Shown: positions 23,870 to 36,770, counted from the first letter of the whole stretch. The stretch is DNA of 62,346 bases, filler included, from Globobulimina sp. (GCA_003354225.1; 16 parts of 16 records of this genome joined end to end with filler, not necessarily neighbours in it), one strand, 5' to 3'. Translations and numbers: made by a program. Notes: a model not told the origin generated them from the letters alone.

Positions 23870-25755
23870 CTAGTTTTTCGTTTTCTTTTTCGATTTCTTT
23901 TTAGATCTTGGCTGTGGAGCGGGATTCTGTTTCAACCATTCAATGATTTCATCGTCCAAATCATTCATTGTTATGCTTGGTTTCGACAGTCTTTGCTCCA
24001 AAATAAACTCATTTATTTTTCCAATTCTTGAATCTTGAGCTAATCCATATTTGCAATATTTTTGTAATAAGTCTTTTCCATTAATCAATGCTTTCCAATT
24101 CCAACAGTCAATTAATTGAGATTTTGTGACTATCCATGATTGTAATTCATCAATGCGGCAAATATCAATTTCTTTATGATAAATATCACAAACTGTTTTC
24201 ACTAAATACATGACATAAATCCAATTCTCTTTTGTTATACGTAAAAATTTACCAATTTGTAACGATAATAATTTATCATTTGATGCAGTACATGCTTCAT
24301 TTTGCAACTCTTGTAACAAATCAATAAATAGTTGACATCCATCATGATAACTGTTGACTGTATGTGCTAATTTTGTAGCATTTGGCATTCCGGGAATGGA
24401 ATGTAATACAAAATACATTACCAATGAATTAACTCTATTCTTTTTTGCACAAACTTTAATTGAATGGAATGGATATGTAAATGCTGAAAATAATACATCT
24501 TTTTGGATTTGTTTTCCTTTTTTAAATGGATTTGGACCAAAACAGCGAGACAAATTATGCAAATATTTAGTCTCTTTTTCTTCATTATGACCACTACCAT
24601 ACGTACCAATGATACGTTGTGTAATATTTTGTGTCAAAAGCAATGATTGATTCCAATATGCGTCGACATTTTGGTCATTCAAAGTGTTTGCAATTTGTTT
24701 GGGTATCTCAAATAATATCGGTGCTAAACCAAATTTTATCAAACAATGCATCGCAATCCATACATTTGAGCCGCATAACATTTTCTCAAATTCCACCGCA
24801 AATCTTTCACGCGATACTTTGAATTGTAATAATTTGTGTATTTCTTTACTTTGTGCCGCAATAATAATATCATCATCCAATATAAATCCCAATTTTGTGA
24901 TTGCATGTCTTATATTTCGCAATACGCGCAATGGATCGTCTCTGTATGTTATCATTGCATTCAATGGTGTTCTCACAACACCATCGATCAGATCCGATAT
25001 TCCCTTTCCAGTGAAATCTTCAATTACACCCGTATTTATGTTATAAAATAGCGAATTTATGGTTAAATCCCTTCGAAAGGCGTCCTCCTTTGCTGTGCCA
25101 AACGCCATTATGGGGATTCTTGAATGTTGTGTATATGTTTCTGTTCTTAAATTAACAACATCAAAATCAATATTGTTGATCGTAAATGTAGCAGAAGCTA
25201 AATGTTTGGATTTGTCTGGATTTTCTTGTATTTTACCAATATGTAAGTCTTCGTTTTTCATGGTTGCAAAATATGTTTGTAAACATTGTCCAAATTCTTG
25301 ACCAGTCATATGATCAATGGCTAAATCAACATCATCAGAATAGCATTTTAATAATTTATCTCGAACCCATCCGCCTGCACAACGGACAATTATTGCTTTA
25401 TTAAATATTTCTTTATTAGAAATTGCGCATTTAATTTCCTCAAATGTTTCTTTTTCTTGTTTGGTTAAAACAATTTCAAGTTTTGATAAATCACAATTTT
25501 CTAAATGCTGTCGAGAAAATATTGGTTTATATCCCAACAATTTTAAATCTTTCATTGTTTTGTATTTTGGTAAATCATTTTTATTGTCCGATTGTTTGAA
25601 TTCGTTTTCAAGTTCGTGGAGTGACTGAATATGAATAAATATGTAAAAGAAATGAAGGAGTTAAAAAACACTTAATTAAATCTCACATTTTTTTTAAATG
25701 TCCGAATTATTTGTTGTGTGTTATGTTTCCTTTGAATAATGGATTTTGATGACAT
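23870..25755 (-). CDS. CCA1: Class II tRNA nucleotidyltransferase (CCA-adding enzyme); join(complement(25687..25755),complement(23870..25624))
   Basis: GGWVRD.LL...DVD, RTETY...SRIP loop, EDAFRRDLTINSLFYN, DDPLRVLR, SRERF..E. A 62-bp GT-AG intron links an upstream ATG exon in frame. Confidence 0.92.
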
Positions 25756-26007
25756 AAAACGACATAAACGGATCATATATAAAAAATGTGAATTGCAAGA
25801 GATGTATTATCGGGATGAACTGACCATATCTGAACCAAGTGTTAATTTTTGTTTCTTGTTTGGTGGTGGTTTGTCACAATTGTATTCCGAAGACATGTAA
25901 AGAGTACTTGCGAGGAAAACCGTTAAATTGACTGTTTATTTAAGTAAGCCACCTGACTGTTTTTGTTTTGCTCTCTGATTTGCATTGACTCTTTTGAAAT
26001 TTTCAAG

Positions 26008-27238
26008 ATGTTATCAAAAATGAGAACAAGAGGGAACAGAGCAACAATTAAATTGAAGAATGCCTGCTCCACATTAGCAACCAGAGTGAATTCAGGCCAT
26101 CGATCTCGTAAGGAACAGAGAGTGCGAAAATGTGTATTAGATTTATTACAATTGTATGATCCCGACAAAGTAGAAGATGTTGACAAATTAATGGGTGAAT
26201 GGAAGAATCGCGAGATGCAATTACTACAACATTTACATCAAGAATATCATTTAACAGACGTCGGTTTAACATATTTTAAATCAAAATATTCGCGCTTATT
26301 TGAGTTACCATCAATATATAAAGGCACATTTTGTCGACAATGTATTCGTCGTAGCAATGGCGAAGAGAGATTATATCATCGCTTGTACAAAAAACGTGTA
26401 ACACCATACATCATCAAACAAATTAAACATTCCATAAATATACTACGCAAATTGAACAATTCGCCGCATGTCATTACCTTGCATGACATCTTCGAAAGTC
26501 GAACGAGATTAGTTTTAATTACCGATCTTTTCGATTATTCAAAAGTATCATTACCCACTGTTTTATTAAATAATTCAAATTTAAATTCCAATGATGCAAT
26601 AAATGAATCTGTAATCGCCGATTTATTTAATCAAATGTTGCAAATTGTATCGTATATTCATTCCAAACAATATGTTCATTGCAATCTAAATATTGATTCC
26701 TTTATTATTGATGAAGGAGATAATGATAATTGGCTCTTGAAGTTAATCCGCGTCGATTCATGCGTTTCTATGGCCGATGCAAAATATAAATCGATGGCTA
26801 TGGCGACAGCTACGGATTGTAACAACATTTATGTGGCGCCAGAAATTGCAACTAATAGTAATATATCGTACAAAGCATATATGTGGTCGTTATGTATATT
26901 ATTATATGTTATGTTGACGGGCATGTTACCAAAGCAAATACCAATGATTAAATGTTCAAATCAATCCAGTCAACAAATTGTCGAATTCCATTATAAACTG
27001 AAATTGGATCATAATAAATTTGCATGGAATCATTTATCGTTTCATGCTCGTGATTTAATTACGAAATTAATCACAAAAGATGTTGATAAACGATTAGATA
27101 TTAATGAATGTTTAAAACATCCATGGATTGGTCGCTATAATAATGGATATCTAAAATATAATAATTTATGGAATGGATATCAATCAAATTTAAAAAAAGA
27201 TCAATGTATACAAAAAATTCGTAATGGAATTAAGAAAT
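26008..27238 (+). CDS. CaMK/CDPK-like pseudokinase, 3'-truncated
   Basis: Kinase fold (PHVITLHDIFE, YVAPE, MWSL, ARDLITKL, R....ECLKHPW), but HRD is HCN and there is no DFG or VAIK Lys. Confidence 0.75.
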
Positions 27239-27541
27239 NNNNNNNNNNNNNNNNNNNNNNNNNNNNNNNNNNNNNNNNNNNNTTAATTAATTAANNNNNN
27301 NNNNNNNNNNNNNNNNNNNNNNNNNNNNNNNNNNNNNNAAATTAGTTGCATGAAAACGAATAGTTTTATTGAATACAAATATGGCAAAGTTGAATGTAAA
27401 AAAAATAACCAATAACGCAAAAAAGTATACACAAACAACACTAAAAATAGTATAAATATATTATAAATTATAAACAAATCAATTTCTTCTGTTGTTTCTA
27501 ATATTTTTTAATTCCCCATTTATGCATGCATGCATTAAATC

Positions 27542-27656
27542 ATTATTGTGCATGCATTAAATCATTGCTTTTTTAGTTTGAAACTGAAATTGTGATTTAA
27601 TTTTTGTTGTAAACAATTCTCAGTTTCAAACTAATGATGAATGCATGCACAATAAT
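27542..27656. repeat. Imperfect inverted repeat (long hairpin)
   Basis: attattgtgcatgcatt...tagtttgaaactga(a)attg pairs with caatt(c)tcagtttcaaacta...aatgcatgcacaataat around a loop of about 21 nt. Confidence 0.8.
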
Positions 27657-27668
27657 ATTTATATAATA

Positions 27669-28433
27669 TCATAAAATTGTGTACCTTTGCTTGGCAGCCA
27701 CATATTTTGTATTTAATTTGTTATAGCCATTGGATACGGCTTCTAACATTGCGCTGGTTTCGATGGATTTGTCCGAATATGATTTACAAATAACAGTCTC
27801 CAACGACTGGTTTATATCGAAAATATCTTCATTGATTAATACGAAATTATCGTTTGTCTTTAAATGATTTGCGGATACCGAATTCTTTCTATTTTTATTC
27901 TTTGGATATGCCACATCACTCAATGTCGTGAATGATTTGTTTCGTGTCCATGTCTTTAATGATGCATTTAATTCACTATAAATGCCACTTAATTTCTTTT
28001 CAAATGCCTTGTTTGCTTTGACCCGATTCGAATGTGGGTAATTCTTAATAAACGAATCCCATTTTAATTTATATGGATATTCTTTAATGATATTTTGAAT
28101 GTGATGTGATTTTAATTTCCCGTTAATGTCATCCATAATATTATCAATATCGACGGGCCTATATGGTTGGCTTCCCGTTGCATCGTATGCCGCAACTAAA
28201 TATTGCCAGTTATTCCCAAATTTAAATCTAACGTTGGCCAAAACCGCAAATGTGGGGGCTTTGGTAATGGCGCCATCTCCTTTTGGATGGATCTCTCGCC
28301 ATTTCAAAGTGTTATGTTTATTTGCTGGCGGAGGGCCATGATATTCTGTCTCTGATTCTGATTCAGAGAGCGATTCTAATTCAAATTCTGATTCTGATTG
28401 TTCTGATTCTGATTCTGATTCTGATTCTGCCAT
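27669..28433 (-). CDS. Hypothetical protein with an N-terminal (ES)n tract
   Basis: 254-codon ORF with GAATCA repeats. Possible splice donor at 27684. No recognisable family. Confidence 0.55.
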   Translation of the reverse strand: MAESESESESEQSESEFELESLSESESETEYHGPPPANKHNTLKWREIHPKGDGAITKAPTFAVLANVRFKFGNNWQYLVAAYDATGSQPYRPVDIDNIMDDINGKLKSHHIQNIIKEYPYKLKWDSFIKNYPHSNRVKANKAFEKKLSGIYSELNASLKTWTRNKSFTTLSDVAYPKNKNRKNSVSANHLKTNDNFVLINEDIFDINQSLETVICKSYSDKSIETSAMLEAVSNGYNKLNTKYVAAKQRYTIL

Positions 28434-28853
28434 AGCGATGGCGTGGCTAATTGCTTTGTGCGATTGCGACTAATTAGAAGGTGCCATTGTTAAGCAAAGT
28501 TCGAAATGTTGTTTTTAAAAAAAATCTGTGAAATTAACCATGATTGACCATGATTTCAATTCTCACAGGTTTGGTCTAACACAAAAAAAAAATATACTCA
28601 AACCAACAGAAAAATATTCTAAGATTAGTGGTGAAGACGATTTTACATAAAATTCAATATTCCCGACGATATTCCAATTTTAATATTCCTGGATTACACA
28701 ATTCTATTGGACTAATTTTCAAACAAGGTCCAAGTGTATTAAATGCACATATAATTAACTATCTGAATTTGTAGTGTTTTCCACTGTTTCCATTTGTAAT
28801 CCAACACGTTTTTCACTTCAGTTGTATTGAAATTACTTGACCGCGAGCATAAA

Positions 28854-30781
28854 ATGGTGCATGCTTGGCAATACTTGCATAATATAACTCATATTGATCA
28901 TCAATTCCAAACTGTAGATAATGCATTCGAATGTCCATCAAGTTTCGATAATATCTGGCAATGGAATACCACCGCCTATCAACAATCGATTCACATGTTT
29001 GCTATCCTTCCAATCGGTTAAGCACTTTATTTTGCACAACCACACACCGCAAATACGCAACAACTACAAATTAAACATACGCAACAGGATTGGCCCTAAT
29101 TTATTTCGTAATTTCAGCATTAGTAATGTGCATTTGTTGTTGTTGTAAATGCTGTAACAAAAGCACTAATATCCCACCTCCACCACAACCACCACAACAA
29201 CAACGATTATTAGACGACAATAACATCCATCGCATCGATAGCTGCAGCATTGATGTAAGACCACGCGCACCGCAACCAATCGCAATCAATAATACATACA
29301 CAAACACAAACATGTACAATGAGAACGAGAACAGCCCCGGATTCAGATTTTGTGCATTATCTTTTCGATATTTTTTAACATCCTTCGCAATTTGTCTCAT
29401 ACTCATTAGTGTCTATATCGGCTATAAGTTGAATAAGACCATAATAAATGTCCAAAGCAATTGGGACGATTCCTATCAACCTTACGATATTTGCATAAAT
29501 TATGGACATTCCATCGAACAAATATTGACCTCTGCAATCACGCAATGTGAAAACATAAAAAACGCAAATATGCCATCGGACTGTCAAAGTACAGAGGTCA
29601 TTGATATAACCACGCAAATTGAAGACATAATATCGCAGAGTTTGACTGAGATTGACCAGTATTTAGCCGATGGACAAGTAATATCATGGTCTGATTCCAA
29701 CACAATTGACGATTATAGAAAGTATTTAATATATGTCGCCATCTCATTGTTATCATTTATGGCGTTTATTATCATCATATCCATTATCTCCAAATCAAAG
29801 TATAAAGTCTTATCCGTCATTGTGATGCTTTGCATGTTATGCACATGGATGATATCCTCGGTTCAGTTTGCTTTTAGTATCCAAGTAAGCGATGCTTGCA
29901 TGGACCCACAGGACGCCATATTGCAGGCCATCAATGTGACCAAAACGAATCAAAATAATAACGACATTGATGACAGCACTATGGATATTGTCAAATATTA
30001 TATTTATTGCAATGATGATTACGCATATAACCCGCTACAAAATTATACCACAGAGGCTTATGATGCATTGATATCGATCAATGAGACCATTCTGTTGATT
30101 CTCCCCTATTCGGCAACGTGTAACATCACAAATGAAACACGCGATTTGTTGGATGATTATACTTTGACACTAAGCGAATTATTGAATGTGCAAAGCGCGT
30201 TGCAATGCGACGAGATCAATGGTTATTTGGTGTCTATCACTTCGGATTTATGCGAGGATGGCATAAATTATTGGTATTTGTTATACGCGTTGCAGATATG
30301 TGTGATTTTGTTGTTGATTATGAGAAGTTTTTGTATTTGCAGGAAAAGCAAAGAAAATGCAATTGATTTTGATGACAATCGGAATCATTACGATGTTATG
30401 GTGGGGAATGAGAGCGTGGTGAATGAGAGCGATAAAACAGATGATAGCAATGAGAGGGAAAGAGAACAAAGGAGACAGATTCTCGAAGATGAAGGGATTA
30501 AAAGTAGATTATCATTCGGCACACCATCGCCGCCGCCGCCGCCACCTCTTGAATATTTTGATGATGGCGATGTTCGGAAATGTCTTGAATATTTATTGCC
30601 GTTTATTGGCAATGATGAAGAACTCGCAAAACATGCACTTCAACTACAAAAAAATGGATATGATGAGGATGGGAATGAATTAAATTCAAGTTTGGTTCGG
30701 AAAGCTGTTGCGATTTTGAAAAATTATAGTTTAAATTATAATTCAAAATTTACACATCCATTATTAGCTGGATTAGTTTAA
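28854..30781 (+). CDS. Tweety-family membrane protein; join(28854..29016,29088..30781)
   Basis: N-terminal LH...H...F...YQQS then TM1 with a Cys cluster. SDACMDP, YYIYC...NPLQ and LQC...LCEDG match the TTYH pattern. A 71-bp intron restores the frame. Confidence 0.8.
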
Positions 30782-31005
30782 CAAAAACATTTCAAATTTT
30801 TCCTTTTTTGTTTGATGTGAACTTAGTTTTGTTTATTTTAGATAAGTACTATTATGTTCGTTTAATTATTTACTATTGTACCGTTTTGAAGACTTAGTCG
30901 ATCACAAAAGAAGCCTTATGTACTCTCTACGTAGTGTTGAAAGGTGGTGAAAACACACATTTGACACGTGTATGTTACAACCAAATTAAAAACACGTAGC
31001 AGTGA

Positions 31006-31141
31006 TCACCAATAAGTTATCACTAATACGTTGTCACCAATAAGTTGTCACCAACAAGTTATTTCCATCCTTTTATCACTGTCTAGTTGATACCATTGAG
31101 TGATCACCAATAAGTTATCACCAATAAGTTGTAACCAATAA
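31006..31141. repeat. 14-bp minisatellite (tcaccaataagttR), 4 + about 3 copies, running off the contig end
   Basis: Blocks at 31006..31061 and 31104..31141. Confidence 0.85.
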
Positions 31142-31387
31142 NNNNNNNNNNNNNNNNNNNNNNNNNNNNNNNNNNNNNNNNNNNNTTAATTAATTAANNN
31201 NNNNNNNNNNNNNNNNNNNNNNNNNNNNNNNNNNNNNNNNNCCCTCGACTCTTGAAACTAATGTTAAGCGTAGATCTGATTCAATTGCGTAGGCGTACGC
31301 AATAATTATAATAGATTCAAGAAAAATAAATTGACAAGCAATCAATTATCAAATTAAATTAAATCTCATTACAAACCATTACAAGTT

Positions 31388-31741
31388 TTATTTGTTCAAA
31401 AAAGTTTGTGAATACGAAGCAACGAATTCTTTAAGTCTTTCCATTTCCAATCCATTACTGTTTTTTACATATTGGTCATCATTCATCATAAATGAAAATG
31501 GAAATAACCAACCATTAAAAGAACCATTTTTTTTAAAAGCATTTGTATTATCTGTTACCATTTCAATTATTTCTGGTTTTCCTGCATCATTTTTGGGATT
31601 AAATTGAAGTGTTATTCTAAACTCATAATACATTGCTACGGGGCGAAGATAATAATGCAAATTTTTATTTCCTTTGCTAACTATTAATGTACACATTATC
31701 TTTAATGACAATTTTGTTTTTAAGTTTATAACGTTGTTCAT
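31388..31741 (-). CDS. Small hypothetical protein; true start probably in an upstream exon near 31895
   Basis: 117-codon ORF. An upstream GT-AG intron candidate lies near 31790-31850, but the frame join is not clean. Confidence 0.35.
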   Translation of the reverse strand: MNNVINLKTKLSLKIMCTLIVSKGNKNLHYYLRPVAMYYEFRITLQFNPKNDAGKPEIIEMVTDNTNAFKKNGSFNGWLFPFSFMMNDDQYVKNSNGLEMERLKEFVASYSQTFLNK

Positions 31742-32079
31742 TTAATTTTTTTCCCAATGATACAAGATATTCTTCAAATGGTGATGTCCTATTAACAACC
31801 GATAATTATAAGACGTTTGAAAAGAAAAAATTAAAGAAAAAATTACATACGATGAAGAACTTTGGTTCATTGTATCTGCTTTCAATTGTGCCATTTGTAA
31901 GTGCTGTATTTGTGATTTAAAAAATCTGTTTGAGAGTTAATTTGTTAGCGTAGGACGGCGAAATAAGTGCGAATTATCGTAATTATACCAATTATGTCAC
32001 GTTGAAAGTGCAGCTGGCCAGCTGTGTATATGTATATGTTGCTGTTTTTAAATTTAAGCTAAAGCTTTACTAAGCGACA

Positions 32080-35044
32080 ATGTCTGAAACACACGTCCGC
32101 GTTATCTGTCGATTTCGACCGGTTAATCAAAGAGAACACTTAGAAGCCAAAAAGAAAAAAGTATCCAAAAAAAAGGCAATATGTATACAAATGGAGCAGC
32201 AAATAAATACAATTTCAGTAAAGTTGAAATCGAATTCATTACAATTTGTGGTGGATGAAATCCTCGCAGCTGAGACAACGCAGGATGAGTGTTTCCGTAT
32301 TGTGGCAGAACCGACAGTACGGGATATATTGCGTGGATATAATGGTACCATCTTTGCTTATGGCCAGACGGGGTCAGGCAAAACCCATTCAATGTATGGC
32401 CCAGAGGGCCAATTTAGCGCAAAAGAGTCGGGCATTGTCCCCCGAGCCATCTCAATGTTATTCCAGTCCTTGGAGGACAACGATAACATCCTCGAGTTTA
32501 CCTTAAAAGTGTCATTCCTCGAAATATACTTAGAATCTATGCGCGATTTATTAAATATCGATGGCCATAAATCCAAATCAACAAAGAAGGGCAAGAAAGG
32601 CAAAAAGGTGCACAAATCTGCAAAGGAGAAACAAAAGGAAAAAGACGCCAATAAACTAAGGATCCGCACCTATCCCAATGGTTCCACCATCATTCAAAAT
32701 CTGTACGAAGAGGAATGTGACTCATTGATGGATGTTTTGGGTCTAATCCAACGAGCGTCGCAATACAGAACCACATCGTCCACGACCATGAACGCAACCT
32801 CGTCGCGATCGCACCTCGTTATGATGACCTATATCCAGCAAAAGATGCAAGATGGCAGCACCCGATTATCCAAGCTCAACTTTGCCGATCTCGCCGGCTC
32901 AGAGAAAGTGAAAAAAACTGGCGCCTCTGGCGTCGCATTGGAGGAAGCTAAGCAAATCAACAAATCCTTGACAAACCTAGGCATTGTAATACGTGCGCTC
33001 TCCGAGGTATACTTATATTAATATTACTGTGCGATAATCGAAACGTGTTTTTTATGTGATGTACGACTATAAAACACGCAGAAAAAATCATTTATATCCT
33101 ACCGTGACTCCACTTTGACGCATATATTGAAAGATTCCTTGGGCGGCAATACCAAGACCACCTTGCTTTGCACCGTGTCGCCGCATATATTCAACCGCGA
33201 CGAAAGTATCTCCACTTTGCGTTTTGCGACGCGCACCAAACTAATATCGAACATCGTGTACAAAAACACGGTGTTGTCCGCCCAACAGATGACCAAATTG
33301 ATCAAGAATTTGCGGCGCGAGATCGTCGGTTTGAAGCAGCAGTTACAAGACAAGGTCATCAAGCAACTGATGCACGACACTGACCACAAAGAGGACGGGT
33401 TTGCAATGGAGAAATCCCACATTAATATGGACCCCGCGATACAAAAGCAGATGATTGATGACTTGAAAAATTATCGCGCCGAGAATATAAAATTGCAGCA
33501 AGAGGACACCAAATCGAAACTGCGCGAGAACGAGTTACAGAAAATAATGGCTCAGTTACGCTCAGAGATTGAAGATTGGAGAGAGAAGCATCAGAACGTA
33601 TTGCTGCAAATGGATGGCATCGCTGCGGAGTTAGAAGAGTATAAATCGGAAACTGTAGCCAATAACGAGTTGGTTAAGCAATTACAAAATAAGATCACTG
33701 AGCTAAATGCGCAATTATTGCAGAGTTCGCATGATAAGAACAAAAGTAAAATGCAATTGGAGTTTTTATCTGCGATCTATCAGAATAAATTGAAGCGCGT
33801 TGAAGAGGAAGAAAAGGAAATGGACCATCAGCTGTCCTTAATACACCAACATATTTCTAAAAACGAGCATTCTGTGCTCAATTTGCAGAATGAAATGGGC
33901 GATTTGGTGGATACCAAGATTGAGAGCAAAGTGGTTGGCTTGCAAAATGAGACTTTATTTTACCAGGAAAAGGAGACGCGGCTACAAAAAGTATTGCAAT
34001 TGTTTCAAGAGGAAAAGGCATTGTTGTTATCCAAAGATGACACATTGACGCAGCAATTGAAGAATTTGCAGAAATATTTAGATTTAAAAGATCGGCAAAT
34101 CAACGATTTACGCGCACAGTTGCATGGATGTGATGAGAAGTTGCAATTAAAGGAATTACAAAACACGCGGCAAAATACCACCATCCAGCATTTAAACGAC
34201 ACCGTCAAACATTTGCAAGACGAAAATGCGTCGTTGGAAAAGAGAGTAAAAGCATACTTTACATTCAATGATAAAAACCCAGCCACTCCGAAAAGTCCCT
34301 ATAATGGCATGGTTGTTATAGCGCCGTGGGAACAGCATCGACAATCGCGAGGGAGACATAACTCCGCCTTCAAAACCACTGACACCGTTTAGTTATAAAT
34401 ATGTGAGTTTCACATATAAAACCTGTGTATTTTTGTGTACAGCAACTGAGGAAACGCAGCGGTTCGGATCATAAGGAAGACGGAGATAATTTACTGAAAC
34501 AACAAGAATATTTGGCGGAATTTGCGCGTTTGCGAGCCCAGCGAGAGAAGGAGCGCTTGGACGCAGAGCGGCAACGACGTAGAAAAGAACAGGAAGATGC
34601 ACTAAAAAAGCAAAAGGCGCAAGAAATTGCCCGTGCCGCTGCCGAGCGAGAAAGGAAATTGGCGCAGCAAAAAGAAGCGGAAGAGGCTGCCCAGAAAGCG
34701 AAAAAAGCCCAGGCGGCGCAGGCCAAAAAGAGAAAAGAAAGCAAAGAAAAAGTAGTGAAAAAAAGACGCGACTCCACCAAGAAAAAGAAGAAAAAAGAAA
34801 TGCCGCCATGGATGAAGCCAAACGCGCGAGACACAGACAAGGACGGCGGCGACACATTGAATACGTATCGCCGATCGGGCAAAAAGATCAAACGGTGGAA
34901 ATCGTCGCGCTCCAAAGTGCAAGCATTGATATCCGGCTTTGAGCAGGTCGAGGATGAGGAAGATGTGTTCGGTGAGACGGACATCGAGGATGATGCTACG
35001 ATGATGTTGCGTATGTTGGACAATATGCAGTCGCATATCACCGA
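32080..35044 (+). CDS. Kinesin-1-like heavy chain; join(32080..33006,33082..34386,34443..>35044)
   Basis: VRVICRFRP, GYNGTIFAYGQTGSGKT, SSRSH, DLAGSEKV.KTGA.G..LEEAK.INKSL, YRDS.LT.IL.DSLGGN and a coiled-coil stalk. Introns of 75 and 56 bp join three ORFs in frame. Confidence 0.92.
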
Positions 35045-35377
35045 NNNNNNNNNNNNNNNNNNNNNNNNNNNNNNNNNNNNNNNNNNNNTTAATTAATTAA
35101 NNNNNNNNNNNNNNNNNNNNNNNNNNNNNNNNNNNNNNNNNNNNTGATTCATAGTGCTTTTGTTGTTGTATATAAATATATATATATATACAAAGTCAGT
35201 ATGTTGAGCAAAAAATAGTAACTGGTTTCTGGTGCGAACAGCTGCGCCATGAGATCTTCTCAAATATAAGCTTAAAATAGAACGTCTCCTCTATAGAATC
35301 ATGTAATACAATGAAAGTTACATAATTATGTACAGAGTCATTACAAAAACAATAAAAAAACAACAAATCAAAAAGCA

Positions 35378-36770
35378 TTAAAATTGAACGCCAAATAGAG
35401 ATTCAAGATTACATAAAATATTTTTGTGTTGGTGCTTAATATGTATTTGTAACATTTCTTTATTTTCAAATATTTCACCACATTCAAAACAGTTCACTTC
35501 TTTGCCTTTAACATATTCCAATAAATGATCCGGGCAAATTAACAATTTATCGCAAATACCACATTTATGCTTTATATCACCGCATAATTCATCCGTGGTT
35601 CCAACATTCTTATCTTGCAACAACGGCACATCGGTGCCAGCAACAGATTTCATCTCATCATTGACATCCGGTTCCTCTTTAATAATGTTGTCATTCTTTA
35701 CATTATTATTATTATTATTCACATTTGCATTCAAATCACATGGACTAATTTGTCCATCCAACGAAGTGCACACAAAATTCATATTAGGTGATATCTGCGT
35801 TGTTGGTGTAGTATTTAATCGTGTTTTAAATGGACTAATTAGCCACCAGCCACTCCCTACACTGTGCGGCGAATAACAGCTAAACATCTGAGGTGAATTC
35901 ATCATTGGTGTAAGTAGCGGAGTTATCATTGGACGCAGCATCCTTTGTCCATTATGATCCGCATTTGGCGGCGATACTTTTTGTTTATTTATTACTAACG
36001 GTGGCGGGATAAAATTATTTCTCCGAAGACCTGTTGGCAACGAAGCTCGAAATGGTTGGATAATTTGAAATTGCGGATGCATTAATTGTTGATACTGCGA
36101 CGATGTGCCATTACTAATATTATTACTATGGTTTGCATACTTTCTGCCATTTTTATTTACAGGTGCGGATAGAACTAATTTTTGCTTTTTTTGTGGTGGT
36201 TCATTGGTTTTACGTTCTGGTGTTCGTTTCGGTGATGATCGCTGTTTTTGTTTTATGTGTTTTTATAATTAAATGTTTTTCGAAAAATGCACGCGATGAA
36301 TAAGCAAAATTATAAATTGCATTATGGATATTTGAATTGGTACAATAATCAATTTAATTCTTAACTTGACGTTTATTTTTCGATGAGCGGTTTTGTATTG
36401 CAACCACTTCTTCTCTGGATTTTAGTAATTGATCCAATGTTTTTTTTAATTGTTTGACTTTATTCGCATCTGTTTCTGCGTTAATATCGTCGTTTGTTTT
36501 ACTAATTTGTTCTTCTAAAAATGCGCGTTGTTGTGCTTTTTTTCTACGCATTCTGCGCGCAGCTTCGCGATTTTGCTCACGCCTAAGCTCCAAAACTTCT
36601 TCCTTTGATAATTCTTTGTGTTTAATGTATTTTCCTCGTGACTTGTTTGCAAAATGAGGCAAAACATCTCCGCTTTCTACCACAGGAACAATTCCATCCA
36701 CCTCGAATTTCTTTAATTCTGTTGTTTTATGTTGTGTGTTTTCATCAGAATCTGCTGTTTTGGCCATCAT
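35378..36770 (-). CDS. bZIP plus C2H2 zinc-finger transcription factor; join(complement(36366..36770),complement(35378..36241))
   Basis: bZIP basic region RREQNREAARRMRRKK. A phase-0 124-bp GT-AG intron leads to a second exon with an NLS-like PPQKKQK and CFECGEIFENKEMLQIHIKHQH. Confidence 0.75.

Noticed and set aside
28470-28472. Stop-codon reassignment
   Set aside because: TAA, TAG and TGA all end conserved genes here (MYG1, Vps39/ARL3, hydrolase), and long conserved CDSs have no internal stops.
31006-31141. CRISPR array
   Set aside because: The units are 14 bp and directly tandem without regular spacers, in a eukaryotic context with no cas genes.
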